A stretch of 64,000 nucleotides of DNA from Hydrolagus colliei (lineage: Eukaryota), in NCBI GenBank assembly GCA_035084275.1, contig CM068771.1, positions 3,906,001 through 3,970,000 of the forward strand, given 5' to 3'. A program made the translations under genes and the position numbers. Below, piece after piece: positions 1-12,005 of the stretch. The notes beneath the pieces are model-generated. The model saw nothing but the letters and a program-made list of their open reading frames with translations. It made no database searches and was not told the origin of the DNA. Numbering within the stretch: position 1 is the stretch's first letter; each line of letters begins with the position of its first letter.

Positions 1-214
1 TCGGTTTAAAAATCCCACTAAGAATGAATTGATAAATTAATCCATGAATGACTGCGTGAGGGACAATGATTTGTGCAATTGATTCCTCCTGCACCCACAC
101 TATATATAAATATCTATGTATGCTGATTCACGTGGTGACAGCCAGGGCACATACGGAAATTTCACTTGCATTACCGAACAAAGTGCTGTGTTTATTTCTT
201 CATGTATAGGCAAA

Positions 215-505
215 TCCCCACTCGAGAAAGTCGAATTCGACAAGGGTTGACTGTGTATCTATACAAGGGCAAAACATGGAGCAAGATTCCTCACTCCAGA
301 CGTACAATAATTATCCCGCGATAGAAAATTAGTCACTTCCATCCACGACTATTTGTGGGAAACTGCTGAGCGCGAATGCCTGCCATGCATTGCCCACAAA
401 TATACATTCATTACTGTTTAGATTTTCTTTTCTGTGAAGTGCTTTGAGATGCCCAGACCACATGAACAGCAGTATATCAAATACAAGATTAATTGTCATT
501 ATTAT
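215..505 (+). mobile_element. Degenerate tRNA-derived Deu-domain SINE copy
   Basis: Matches the window SINE consensus (ccacgactatttgtggga...tgtgaagtgctttgagatg...tatatcaaatacaag-attattatt); boundaries approximate. Confidence 0.7.
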
Positions 506-741
506 TTGCTGACATTTTGCATTTCACAATGTGCCACAGAATGAATGGGCTGAATGGTCTGCTTCAGAGCTATAATAGTCGACGTAATACCTTGTAAACA
601 TTGTTCAATGCGACTGTTTGACATGGCTGAAATAAATGATTTACACCCTATCAATCCATCAAATACTATTATATGGTACTTCCAGGTGCGACTAAACATG
701 AATTATTGAAACCTATGACTGTTTTTGTGACTTTCCTGCAG

Positions 742-1655
742 CGATCGCGGTGACCATTGTGATCCTGGCCCAGGGAAAGTGTGGACTCTCCAAATGCATC
801 ACCCGTTACCTGGTCGCAATGGCTGTTGCCGATCTGCTGGTCATATTCATTGGTGTGATCCTGAGGGAGACATTTCATCTCCACCTGCCGCACTTACCTT
901 TGTTCCGTACTCCCATGTGCCGGCTCAACCTCATGCTGTGCTTCGTCGTCATTGAAATCTCTGTCTGGCTGACCATGGCCTTCACCTACGACCGCTTCAT
1001 TGCCATCTGCTGCCCAAAGCTCAAAACCAAATACTGCACCGAGAGGACAGCGGGCCTGGTGATCTGGACAATCTGTGCATTTCTAAGCGCCAAAAATATC
1101 CCCTTTTATTTTATGTTACAGCCCTTGATGATGATTAATGGGCAGCCCTGGTTCTGCACTGTCAAGCCCAGCTTTTATACTGCTATTGGCTGGAGGGTGT
1201 TTAGCTTTATTCATATGATTGTAAGCCCTATTATTCCCTTCATCGTCATCCTCCTCTTCAACTCTCTGACCATCAGGCAGGTTCTCGTGGCCAGCACTGT
1301 GCGCCAGCGTCTGCGGGGATCAGTGACGTTGAAGGATGAGGAGATGGAGAGTCGGAAGAAATCCATACTCTTGCTCTTTACCATCTCGGGCAGCTTTGTG
1401 TTGCTGTGGGTCACCAACATAGTCACCTTCATGTGTGCGCTCATGACAGAGGCCGAGCTCATGCAGTCTGACTACAGCAGCCCATTCACCATCGCTGAGC
1501 ATGTGGGTTACATGCTGCAGTTCCTCAGCTCCTGCACCAACACCGTCATCTATGGTGTGACCCAGACCCAATTCAAGCACCAGCTCAAATCCATCTTCAT
1601 TTACCCCATCACTCGCTTCCTGGGCCAGTCACATAACCAAGTTGTGCTGCGCTAA
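742..1655 (+). CDS. Class A GPCR, GPR139/GPR142-like (GPCR-1), coding exon 2; exon 1 lies upstream of the window
   Basis: Acceptor tttcctgcAG at 740-741, phase 1. The ORF has TM1-TM7 hydrophobic helices, LAxAD-like VAMAVADL, DRF at the end of TM3 and SSCTNTVIYG in TM7; stop TAA at 1653-1655. Confidence 0.9.
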
Positions 1656-2644
1656 TCTCTTTGGTCTTCAGAACTTTACACTCACCCGCAGACCTATGCT
1701 ATGTTAGACATGGGATGGTATCTCTTTGAAACAGTCATAATTGTATGGGAGATGTTCTAGTTGGAAAGTCATGTTATCGTTTCACAAAATATTTTCTAGA
1801 GTTAGATATCATTCACTCAAACCAGATCATTCATGTTTTTAGTACAACTAAAGACCTACTAACACTGTGTGGTGTTCTAATCTCCACTATTAGGAAGCAT
1901 ATTCATTAAGCCACACTCTCTGCCATACTTTTCTTTTCTTGTTCCCATCTAATTGGAGAGTTTGTCACAAGCATAAAAAAAAGCGATGGTGGAGAAAGTG
2001 TGGATTGACGCAGAAAATAGTAAACAGGAATGCGCTTCCAGATACATATATGGGAATTCAAGAAATTAAGTAATGTGAGGATCAGGATCAGTGATCATAT
2101 AAATAGGAAAATTTCTAAGCAAAGCTCAGTCGACAGAAAGCTTCAGCAAGATAATGATTATCCATCATTTACTGGTGTGGTTACGAATCATCTTGAATCA
2201 GCATTTGGAAGTTCTATTACAATGCCTGTGAAGAATGTATCTGTAAACTTTATTCATTGATATTTTGCAATATTTTGTACATTCTACTATTCTCTGTGTC
2301 TTCATTCATATCTTCATATTGATAAATAAAAAGATTTGTATAACTGGAAAATTACAATGTCTTGAAAAGACTGGATACTGAGAACACTTGGAATAGAACT
2401 TGAGAAGTCATCCAATAAATTGTATAGAATCTGAGATTTAGCCAATTTGAAACCAATGAAAAGTGAATAGATTTGAATTATCTGTTTCATTGTAAGGAAC
2501 ATTGGGTCACATGGGGCATGACATGCATCCCCTATCTTCCCTGGAAAATATCTTCAAGTCAGCTCAATACCTCACCTCTGGGCTTCTTCCTGCAGTGAAA
2601 CCACCTCCTCCAATACTCGCCCCAAAAACCTTCTTCTTCACCCT

Positions 2645-3130
2645 CGATCATAGAATCACAGAATTTTATGGCACAAAAGGAGGCCATTCGGCCCATCTCG
2701 TCTATGCCAGCTCTTTGAAAAGAGCAACTCACTGCCCAGTTCTCCCCCCATAACCTAACACACCTATTCTCCCTAAATCAAGTTCTAATTCCCTTTTAAA
2801 AGCTGTTATCGAATCGGCCTCCACCACATTTTCAGGCAATGCATTCCAGATTCGAACTATCCACTGAGTGAAAACATTTCTCCTCAGCTACTCTCTGCTT
2901 CATTTTGAAGCAATTTTAAATCTGTGACAACGAGTCAGTGGAATCAGTTTCTCCTTATTCAACCTGTCGAATCCCCTCATTGGATCTCCCATCAACCTTC
3001 TCTGTTCCAGAGTATAAAACTAGCCTAACTAGCCTCTCCTCATAACTGAAGTAACCTCAATCCTGGTGCCATTCTTTGCACCCTTTCCAATGCCTTAACA
3101 TCCATTCTATAGTGTGGTGACCAGAATTGG
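2645..3130 (-). mobile_element. CR1 LINE 3-prime fragment (older copy)
   Basis: catagaatcacagaattttatggcacaaaaggaggccattcggccc tail is homologous to 8649-9200, with many substitutions. Confidence 0.85.
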
Positions 3131-5244
3131 ACACAGTACTCCAGCTGAGGCCTAACCAAAGTTTTATAGAGATTAGCCAGTACTTCCTGACATTTGTACA
3201 ATTCGTTTCATTTCTCAAACTGCTTGCTCCTCAAATAATTCAACCTTGTACACCAGCAACCACTGCTCATTCAAATACAGATGCATGCCAAACATACATT
3301 AATGGTACTTTGCCAGATCTGGCTGGACTTCATCAAAATTGATGCTCCATTAAATAGCCCTTCAAATCCAACAAATTCTTGTATACTAAGAACTACGCCC
3401 GGCTCTTCTCCAATTCCATCCAGCTTCTCCACCTACCCTGTCATGCTTTGCTCATTTCTTTCTCCAACGCCAACTGTAAGGAGACATTCGGTGTCTTCAA
3501 ATCCAAAATTGAGGGGATAGATAGCTGCCGCTGCAATTCCATATATTACCTCTCCGCCATCTTGCCATTATTTCCCGGCCCATATGTATTCCTCCCTCCA
3601 AATCTTATTACCTGTCTCCATTGCATCATCCTTTCCCTTAACTCCCTTAACACGTGCGAGACAGAACTCAACGGAAAATCCTCCTTTTTGACCGAGCCTT
3701 TGGCCACCCTCCTACTCTCCTAGCCTTTCACCCTCCCCGATTCTCCCCTCAACTAGCGGCTAAATCCCTGTCAGTCAAGTGCTCCCAACATTACTGGTGC
3801 CATACCAGTGTAGTTTTGTATTGTATAACATACCAGTGACATCACTTTATCATTTATCTAATATAATAACATAGTATTACTGAATGAGCAACGTATGACA
3901 ATGCTGATGACAGAAAAGCCCTACACTCGGCTCATAAGCAGGCCTTAGACTACATCTCGGGTAGGGGAGGAGGCAGAGGGACTGTTCCAGAAGGGAGGGT
4001 CAGAGAGTCATGAATAATCCCAACAAAGGTGGGATGGGTGAGGCGGCGGTTGTGAATTGAGGGACCGGGCATTTTGCTCGGATGTTAGAAGATCTCAGAG
4101 GTAGGTTGGTATAGTAATGGAGAAGAGCGGGCTTTTGTGATGAGAACAAGGATCTTCAACTTTATCCTCTGCGTGATGGGAGCCAGTGGAGTCCGGCATG
4201 GTTAGGGCGGTAGCATGTGGGAACCTGGTGTGAGATAAATATGTCAATTTATCACTGGTCAGTGAATAAGCATCAGAGGGCATGAAATCACCAGATCAGA
4301 CTGAAGGTGAGGGAGAAAAAGAGAATTTCTTCTCACACACATCATGCGCAATTTGACTGCCACTTATTGCCCACAAATAAAAATAATTTTCCTACTCTTC
4401 CTATTCTTCTTCATCCTGCCCCAACCGCTTCCCACTTGTTCTTGTCTCTACCTAACTGTTTAGCGCCTTGGGACGTCCTCTCGACGTGAAAGGTGCTACA
4501 TAAATGTAAGGTTTGATTGATTGACCAACCGACCGACAGACCTACCGACTGACCAACCGACTGATCGATCGATTGATTAACTCGAAAAACCTGCGCTTAT
4601 TTCCTCGAATGAAACTGAGAGACAATGTTTTTGACTCCAATAACAATAATAGTGGTTAGCATATTTACTTCCCAAGCGAGAGTAGCTGTGATCGATTCTC
4701 AGAAGTGGATAAATGTTGGGCGTTAATAATATTAATAATAATACACCTTGCATTTTACATAGCACTTTTCACATCTTATCGATGTCTATGGATTCAAACA
4801 CAGGCCTCACGCTTGTAAGGTGAAAGCTCTAACCACTAAGCTGCAGGAGATTCACATATATCTGTGTTGAGTACAAGGTACAATATAATCGAGGGAATAC
4901 ATTGAATTTAAATCACTAGAGCAAGGCAGAAGCAGTTAGAAATGTCGATTAGAATTTTATCGCTTCAAACACATATTCTGTGCACACTCAACAGTTTTGT
5001 TTAAAGCCAGGTTAATCCACACACACCTAAAACATTCAACTGAGTTTTATTGCAGTGTTGATTCCCAATTGGTTTTACTCTATGTGTTTTACAATGCAAC
5101 AGGTACAAATGAGTTGATCTGCATCAACTGAGATACTCTTACCAGGTGTCATCTATGTGCAGCCATCATTTTTTTTTAAAAAAGCCAAAGTTCTTTTCTT
5201 TTCTTCATTTTCTTTTCAAAGTGTTTGATCAATCACATCTGCAA

Positions 5245-5985
5245 AAACTTCCCTTCCTCCCCCACATCCGCGCCTTGACCGGCACCGCCTATTTCCATCT
5301 GCGCAACATTGCCAGGCTCCGCAACTATCTCACCCCCCGCGCTGCCGAAACACTCGTGCACGCGTACATCACCTCACGGCTGGACTACGGAAATTCTCTC
5401 CTAGTCGGCCTCCCCAGTTCCTCCATTCACAGGCTGCAGGCCATCCCAAACTCTGCAGCCCGTGTACTATCCCGCACCCGCCTCCGCGACCACATAACCC
5501 CCACCCTCGCCCGTCTCCACTGGCTCCCCATCCTCCAGAGGATCGAGTTTAAGATCCTCGTCCTCACCTACAAGGCCTTACACGGCCTTGCCCCGCCCTA
5601 TTTAACCGATCTACTCTCCCCCTACAAGCCCACCCGGACCCTCTGTTCAACAGGACTTGGCCTGCTCCAAGCCCCCCGCCCGAACCCCCCCCCCACCATC
5701 AGAGGCCGGGCCTTCAGTTTCTCCGCTCCCACCCTATGGAATGCCATCCCTCAATCCCTCCGTTTCGTTTCTTCCCTTTCCTCTTTCAAGGCCGGTTTGA
5801 AGACTTTCCTCTTCGAGCGTGCCTTTTGTTCCCCCCCGAACTCTTTTACTTCCCCTTCGTGTTTCACCCCTTCCCAAACACTCCCCTCCCAGCTCGGGTC
5901 AAACGCCTCCTGTTCAGCGCCTTGGGACGTCCTCCCGACGTGAAAGGCGCTCTATAAATGTAATTTGTTGTTGTTGTTGTTGCAA
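5245..5985 (+). mobile_element. L2 LINE 5-prime-truncated copy (subfamily A tail)
   Basis: ORF 5146-5943 carries the L2 RT C-terminus ([28 protein letters not shown]). The 3-prime end gcgccttgggacgtcc..gtgaaaggcgc is followed by (GTT)n. Confidence 0.9.
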
Positions 5986-6001
5986 GAAGAAACAAAGCGT
6001 T

Positions 6002-6056
6002 TATTATCAATTGATGCCACGTCCAATATTTTTGGACGTGGCATCACTTGATAATA
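6002..6056. repeat. 55-bp near-perfect palindrome
   Basis: tattatcaattgatgccacgtccaa / tattt / ttggacgtggcatcacttgataata: 25-bp stem with one mismatch. Confidence 0.9.
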
Positions 6057-7056
6057 TTTTTAATATATTTCAGCCATGTGTGTAAACCCTGGCGAAGTTT
6101 AAGCAGATTGAGCAAGGTGCTGTCGTCAGCGATTCAGAGCAATGTGATATCACTCATGTTATCATCTCAGCGATTCCATTTTGAAAAATCTCATCATTCA
6201 CCCTCTGTGATATAGAGCTGTCACCGTAACTCCCTGTCTTCGTTGCATACGCTTTGAAGCAGTTTAAGATGACTCTATGTTGAGATGAGACACTATATCA
6301 AATGCAATAATTATTATTTTTATCCAAATGTCCCAATTTATTGACAGGTAGTAGAAATAGAGCAGGTAGTCAACCCATATCACTGCAATGTATTTTTCAG
6401 GTCAGACACTTTTCTACCATAACAATGATCTTAATTGAGACTTAATCTGATGCAACCCCCATTGAACACTTCAACAGCCTCTCTTCAGCAGATCAAACAC
6501 TGTCTGATGGATAGCTCATCTGCTTATCAAGTTTAAAGTGTCTGAAACTATCCACAGAATGTAGATCCAGAGCAGCAAGATATGCTTGAAATCAACCAAA
6601 CTCACTGCTGTCCACAGAGTGATGGTTGGCCTCTGATATGCAATTTATTACAATAATTATGATAATGTATATCAGGATTATTAATTTTATTACTAATTGT
6701 GCTTGACCTCTCCACAGTTTGACACACACACAAACAAACAAACAAACAAACAAACACACATAGGAAGTAGAGGAATCTTGTTTGAAAGTTGTTTGCAACT
6801 CCAAAAACTGGACCCTAACCAAGTTATCCAAATCAACCATATAGAGAACAATACAGTTTCCTCTCTGCACATGGAGGGAATGCAGAAAGGAAATCTGGGA
6901 GGGAATGGAACCCAGAATATTTACCCATCTGTTTATTGCAACTATTCGTAAAAAATGTCATTCAATCCAGAAAAGCGTGAAATTGGTTGCCCCAGTTGTT
7001 TGTTCAGATGACTTCTCACTTGTTCAATCACTATCCCAGCAGACCTGACTCCCAGG

Positions 7057-7062
7057 TATAAA
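7057..7062 (+). promoter_or_regulatory. TATA box of GPCR-2
   Basis: ggTATAAAtat lies about 90 bp upstream of the exon 1 ATG at 7150. Confidence 0.55.
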
Positions 7063-7149
7063 TATGGGGAAGCTCTGAAGGGTTGGGAGGAGGTTCTCAT
7101 TGTTCAGCAGCAGAACAGTGTCAGCAGAAGCCAGGTCAGCTTGACAGTG

Positions 7150-7210
7150 ATGCGGATCACAGAAGTAGAAAAGGTGTTTTACCCTACACTGGGAATCACT
7201 GGCTTTCCTG
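7150..7210 (+). CDS. GPCR-2 coding exon 1 (MRITEVEKVFYPTLGITGFP)
   Basis: ATG at 7150, FYPxLGxxGxP start of TM1 and phase-1 donor G|GTACG at 7211; joins in frame to 13373. Confidence 0.85.
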
Positions 7211-7789
7211 GTACGTTGTTAGAATGGGATTCACTTGTGTACAGTAGCTGTACATCTGCAAATAGTGTTGCTTTGCCTTAAAAGATAATCTGATCTGATC
7301 CCCAGTATCAAGAGGATGATCTGCAAGTGAAAGTAGAGAGAGCGTGGGTGTCAGACCAGCCAGAAAATCACCAAGTAATGACATCAATTAAATATTACAC
7401 AATCATGGTCCCCTCTCACCTGTAGAAAACCATTACATTCTGCTACAATAATCCATAATTGGTAAGATCCCACACTCTACCACTGTTCTCAAGCGTAGTT
7501 TCAGCAGCAATCTGGTCAATTGGATGTCCACATTGACTGGCTTTGTTATTATTAGTCATGTGCAATAAAGAAACTTGCCAAAGCTTTCGTCATTACATGT
7601 CAGGAAATGAACCCACGTCTCTCGCTTGTGAGGTACGTGCTCTAACTATTAAGCTACAGTTCGATTTTCTTGGTGTAATAATGTCCAGGGCAAGGCAGAA
7701 TTTTGGGCAAGTTTTGTTACTTGTTTCATTTTTAGTTTCCTAAAAAGTTTCCTTTTTAGATTTTTTTTGAGGACATATCAATTAGATTA

Positions 7790-8648
7790 GTTAGGGCGGA
7801 ATCAGTAGTTGCAGTATACTTAGATTTCCAAAAGGCATTTTATAAGGTGCTGCATAAAAGGTTGATGTACACGCTAAAGGCCCATGGAATTCAGGGGAAT
7901 ATATTCGCAAGGATTGAAGAATGTCTAATGGGATGAAAAGAGAGAGTAGGGATAAACGGGTCCATCTCAGATTGGCGGGATGTGACTAACGGAGTGCCAC
8001 AAGGATCACTGCTTGGGCCTCAACTATTTACAATCTACATCAATGATCTAGATGAAGATATGTAACTTAAAATATCCAAATTCGCGGAGGACACCAATCC
8101 AGGAGGGAGAATAAACACCGAGGATCACACTAAAAATTGCAGCACGATATAGATAGGCTACATGAATGGCAGATGAAGTTTTATATAGTGATGTGTGAAG
8201 CCATCCAACTAGGTAGTAAAATCAGTAGAGCAAATTATTTTTTAGAAGGGGACAGACTAGATAGTGTTAGTGCTCAGTGGGACTTGGGTGTCCTTGTACA
8301 CCAGTCACCAGTACCTAACCATGTTGCAGGCACAGCAAACAATTAGTAAGGCTAACGGTAAGTTTGCATTCATTACAAAAGGGTTAGAGTACAAGAATAG
8401 GGAAGTTTTGCTGCATTTGTATAGGGCCTTGTAGGACCGCACATAGAATAATTTGTGCAGTTTTGGTTTTCTTATTTAAGAAAGAATGTACTCGGCTTGG
8501 AGTGGATACAACGTAGATGCACTATGTTGGTACCTGTGATGAGGGGGATGAGTTACAAGATAGGTTGAGTGATCCAGAATAAAGCAGAATGATAGGTGCT
8601 CTTATAGAAACCTATACGATTATTAAGGGGCACGACAGAATATATAGT
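7790..8648 (+). mobile_element. Old degenerate CR1 RT fragment, left part (split by the young CR1)
   Basis: Decayed DFQKAFDKV, GVPQGSxLGP and FADD-type coding sequence; continues at 11637. Confidence 0.8.
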
Positions 8649-11636
8649 CATAGAATCATAGAATCATAGAATTTTACGGCACAAAAGGAGGCCATTCGGC
8701 CCATCTAGTCTGTGCCGGCTCTTTGAAAAGAGCGATTCAATCCCATTGCCCTGCCCGCTCCCCACAGCCTAATAGACCCGTTCTTCCTAAATAAAGATCT
8801 AATTCCCTTTTAAAAGTTGTTATCGAATCAGCCTCCACCACCTTTTCAGGCAATGCATTCCAGATTCGAACAACTCGCTGAGTGAAAAAATTTCTCCTCA
8901 GCTCCCCTCTACTGCGCCTTGAAACTATTTTAAATCTGTGACCACGAGTCACAGATTCACCCACGAGTGGAAATAGTTTTTCTCTATTTGCCCTGTCGAA
9001 ACCCCTCATGATCTTATAAACCTCTATTAGGTCTCCCCTCAATCTTCTCTGCTCCAGAGAGAATAACCCTAGCCTATCTAGCCTCTCCTCATAGCTGAAG
9101 TCCCTCAATCCTGGCACCATCGGAGTAAATCTTCGTTGTACCCTTTCCAATGCCTTCACATCCTTTCTGTAGTGTGGTGACCAGAATTGAACACAGTATT
9201 CCAGCTGAGGCCTCACCAAAGTCCTATAGAGGTTAGTCAGCACTTCCTGACTTTTGTACTCTATACCCCTATTTATAAAGCCTAGTATCCCATATGCCTT
9301 CTTAACAGCCTTGTCTACCTGTCCTGCCACCTTCAACGAGTCACTAACACAAATCCCCAGGTCTCTCTGTTCCTTCACACCATTTAAAATTGTACTATCT
9401 AGCCTATATTGCCTCCCTTCATTTCTTCTCCCAAAATGCATCACCTCACACTTCTCTGCATTAAACTTCATCTGCCACGTGTCTGCCCACTTTACCAATT
9501 TGTCTATATCCTCTTGCAGATGGCTACTATCCTCCTCACTGTTTACTATTCTCCCTAACTTAGTGTCATCTGCAAACTTGGAAACTGTATTCCGTACACC
9601 CAAGTCCAGATCATTGATGTAGATTACAAACAGCAATGGTCCCAAAACCGATCCCTGTGGCACACCACTGCTCACTTCCCTCCAATCTGAAAAACAGCCG
9701 CTCACTACAACTCTCTGCTTTCTGTCTCGCAGCCAGTTGTGGATCCACGCTGCCACTGTCCCTTTTACGCCATGGGCCTTTAATTTCATAATAAGTCTCT
9801 CATGTGGCACTTTGTCAAATGCCTTTTGAAAGTCCATGTAAACTACATCAACTGCGCTACCATTATCCACCCATTTCGTTACCTCATCAAAAAATTCTAT
9901 CAGATTTGTAAGGCAAGATTTGCCTTTAACAAATCCATGTTGACTGTCCTTTATTAGCCTATATCTTTCTAAGTGAAGATCTACCTTGTCCCTGATTATG
10001 GACTCTAGAATTTTGCCCACTACCGACGTTAGACTGACTGGTCTGTAGTTACCAGGCTTGTCCCTCTGCCCCTTTTTATACAAGGGAGTAACATTAGCTA
10101 TCCTCCAGTCCTCTGGCACGACCCCTGTGTCCAAGGAAGATTGAAAGATCGTGGCCAGAGTCCCTGCTATTTGCTCCCGTGCCTCACTTAGTAACCTAGG
10201 GTGCATCCCATCCGGACCAGGTGACTTATCCACCTTGAGCGACGTCAACCTTTTTAGCACTTCCTCTCTGGTTATAATTATTCTATCCATTTCTCCTACC
10301 CTCTCCTCTAATACCATGGCATTGGCTGTATCATTTTCTTTTGTGAAGACAGAGGCGAAGTACTCATTCAGTACATCAGCCATGCCCTCTGCCTCCACAA
10401 TGAGATTTCCTCCTAGGTCCCTAATTGGCCCCACCCTCTCCTTGACCAACCTTTTACTCTTAATATGTTGGTAAAAAACCTTAGGGTTCCCCTTAATCTT
10501 ACTCGCTAATTGTTTTTCATGCAGTCTCTTTGCCCCTCTAACTTCCTTTTTTAGTTCTATCCTACACTTCCTATATTCTGCTTGGTTCCCTTCTGAATTT
10601 TGAGCCTGACACTTATCATAAGCCTCTTTTTTTTGTTTGATTTTGGCCCCGATTTCCTTAGTCATCCAGGGAGGTTTGGATGCCTTACATTTCACCTTTG
10701 TGGGGATGCTTTTGACCTGTGCCTGAACTATCTCCTCTTTGAACGCTGCCCACTGCTCGTTAGTTGTCTTACCTGCCAATTTTTCTTTCCAATCCACCTT
10801 GGCTAGGTCCCACCTCAACTCATTGAAATTAGCCCTTTTCCAGTTGAGTGTCCTCACCTGTGATCGTTCCTTATCCCTTTCCATAATTATTCTGAATCTA
10901 ACGATATTGTGGTCACTATTCCCTAGATGCTCACCTACAGAAACCTGTTGAACTTGCCCTACCTCATTTCCCAAAACTAGATCCAGCAATGCTTCTTTCC
11001 TCGTTGGACTGGAAACATACTGATCAAGAAAGTTGTCCTGCACACACTTCAGGAATTCTTCTCCCTCCTTGCCCTTTACTCTACTATTCTGCCAGTCTAT
11101 GTTGGGATAGTTGAAGTCACCCATTATCACTACTCTATTAGCTCTGCATTTCTCCGTGATACGCTTGCAGATCTGCTTGTCTATCTCCTCCCCACTATTT
11201 GGTGGTCTATAGTATACCCCTAACAGTGTAACTGCACCTTTTTTATTCCTCAATTCTAACCAGATAGATTCGGTTTTTAGTCCTTCTTCCACCTCGTTCC
11301 TTTCTAAGGCAGTCACTGAGTCCTTAACTAAAATTGCCACCCCGCCCCCTTTTCTCCCTTCTCTATCCCTCCTGAATACATTATAACCAGGAATGTTCAA
11401 CTCCCATTCCTGCCCATGCTGGAGCCAAGTCTCTGTTACTGCTATAACATCATATCGCCTCGCAGCAACCTGAGCCTGCAGCTCACCAATTTTATTTCTC
11501 AAACTTCGTGCATTTACATACATGCACTCTAAGGCACAAATTACTTCCTCTGCATTTTTCTCCTGTCTTCCCTTTACCCCTGTCCTCCTTATTACCCCTC
11601 CCGTATTTGAACTACTCCTCCCGTATTTGAACTACT
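8649..11636 (-). mobile_element. Young 5-prime-truncated CR1 LINE, antisense in the GPCR-2 intron
   Basis: (ATTCTATG)x3 tail at 8649-8672, intact ORF2, TAGT repeated at both junctions (8645-8648 and 11636-11639), 20-bp tandem duplication at the 5-prime end. Confidence 0.95.
8737..11523 (-). CDS. CR1 ORF2: apurinic-like endonuclease plus reverse transcriptase, 928 aa, uninterrupted
   Basis: EN motifs YVNARS, VTETWL, GGGVA, YYRPP, MGDFN, SDHN; RT motifs [38 protein letters not shown]. Confidence 0.95.
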   Translation of the reverse strand: MYVNARSLRNKIGELQAQVAARRYDVIAVTETWLQHGQEWELNIPGYNVFRRDREGRKGGGVAILVKDSVTALERNEVEEGLKTESIWLELRNKKGAVTLLGVYYRPPNSGEEIDKQICKRITEKCRANRVVIMGDFNYPNIDWQNSRVKGKEGEEFLKCVQDNFLDQYVSSPTRKEALLDLVLGNEVGQVQQVSVGEHLGNSDHNIVRFRIIMERDKERSQVRTLNWKRANFNELRWDLAKVDWKEKLAGKTTNEQWAAFKEEIVQAQVKSIPTKVKCKASKPPWMTKEIGAKIKQKKEAYDKCQAQNSEGNQAEYRKCRIELKKEVRGAKRLHEKQLASKIKGNPKVFYQHIKSKRLVKERVGPIRDLGGNLIVEAEGMADVLNEYFASVFTKENDTANAMVLEERVGEMDRIIITREEVLKRLTSLKVDKSPGPDGMHPRLLSEAREQIAGTLATIFQSSLDTGVVPEDWRIANVTPLYKKGQRDKPGNYRPVSLTSVVGKILESIIRDKVDLHLERYRLIKDSQHGFVKGKSCLTNLIEFFDEVTKWVDNGSAVDVVYMDFQKAFDKVPHERLIMKLKAHGVKGTVAAWIHNWLRDRKQRVVVSGCFSDWREVSSGVPQGSVLGPLLFVIYINDLDLGVRNTVSKFADDTKLGRIVNSEEDSSHLQEDIDKLVKWADTWQMKFNAEKCEVMHFGRRNEGRQYRLDSTILNGVKEQRDLGICVSDSLKVAGQVDKAVKKAYGILGFINRGIEYKSQEVLTNLYRTLVRPQLEYCVQFWSPHYRKDVKALERVQRRFTPMVPGLRDFSYEERLDRLGLFSLEQRRLRGDLIEVYKIMRGFDRANREKLFPLVGESVTRGHRFKIVSRRSRGELRRNFFTQRVVRIWNALPEKVVEADSITTFKRELDLYLGRTGLLGCGERAGQWD

Positions 11637-12005
11637 AGTGGGAGTCTTTTTTCTCCCATTGGTTGGATAAACTATAACCGGGCTCACAATCTTAAAATTT
11701 GGGGTCAGCCCTTTCGCACTGAGTTGAGAAAAAAACATCTTAACTCAGAGAGAAGCGAATTTCTGGAATTCTCTACCACAAAGGGTTGTAGATGCTCAGT
11801 CCTAGAAGATATTCAAGAATCAGTCCTTGAACATATTCAAGACTGACAGTGATAGATTTATTGTGGGTAATAGGATTAATGGATATGGAAATAAGGCGGG
11901 AAGGTTGGGTTAAAATAGATCAACCATGATCTTACTGAATGGCAGGGCAGGCTCGAGGGGCCAAATGACCTACTCCTGCTCCTCATTCTTACGTTCTTAT
12001 CTTTT
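11637..12005 (+). mobile_element. Old CR1, right part (3-prime end)
   Basis: agtgggagtc... continues gacagaatatat(ag) from 8640 exactly as in the uninterrupted copy at 26870 (gacagagtagatagtgggagac). Confidence 0.8.

Noticed and set aside
276-332. ATG-initiated stretch as exon 1 of GPCR-1
   Set aside because: It is part of a degenerate SINE, ends in a stop and lacks the FYPxxG motif and phase-1 donor seen at 7150-7210
1211-1580. Minus-strand ORFs over the GPCR exons (also 13572-14202)
   Set aside because: Antisense shadows of GC-rich coding sequence; their similarity reflects the GPCR paralogy
5146-5943. 265-aa ORF as a host gene
   Set aside because: L2 ORF2 C-terminus read from an upstream GTG in flanking DNA; the same applies to the other L2-derived ORFs
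9254-10951. Plus-strand ORFs of 68-122 aa
   Set aside because: Antisense shadows of the CR1 ORF2
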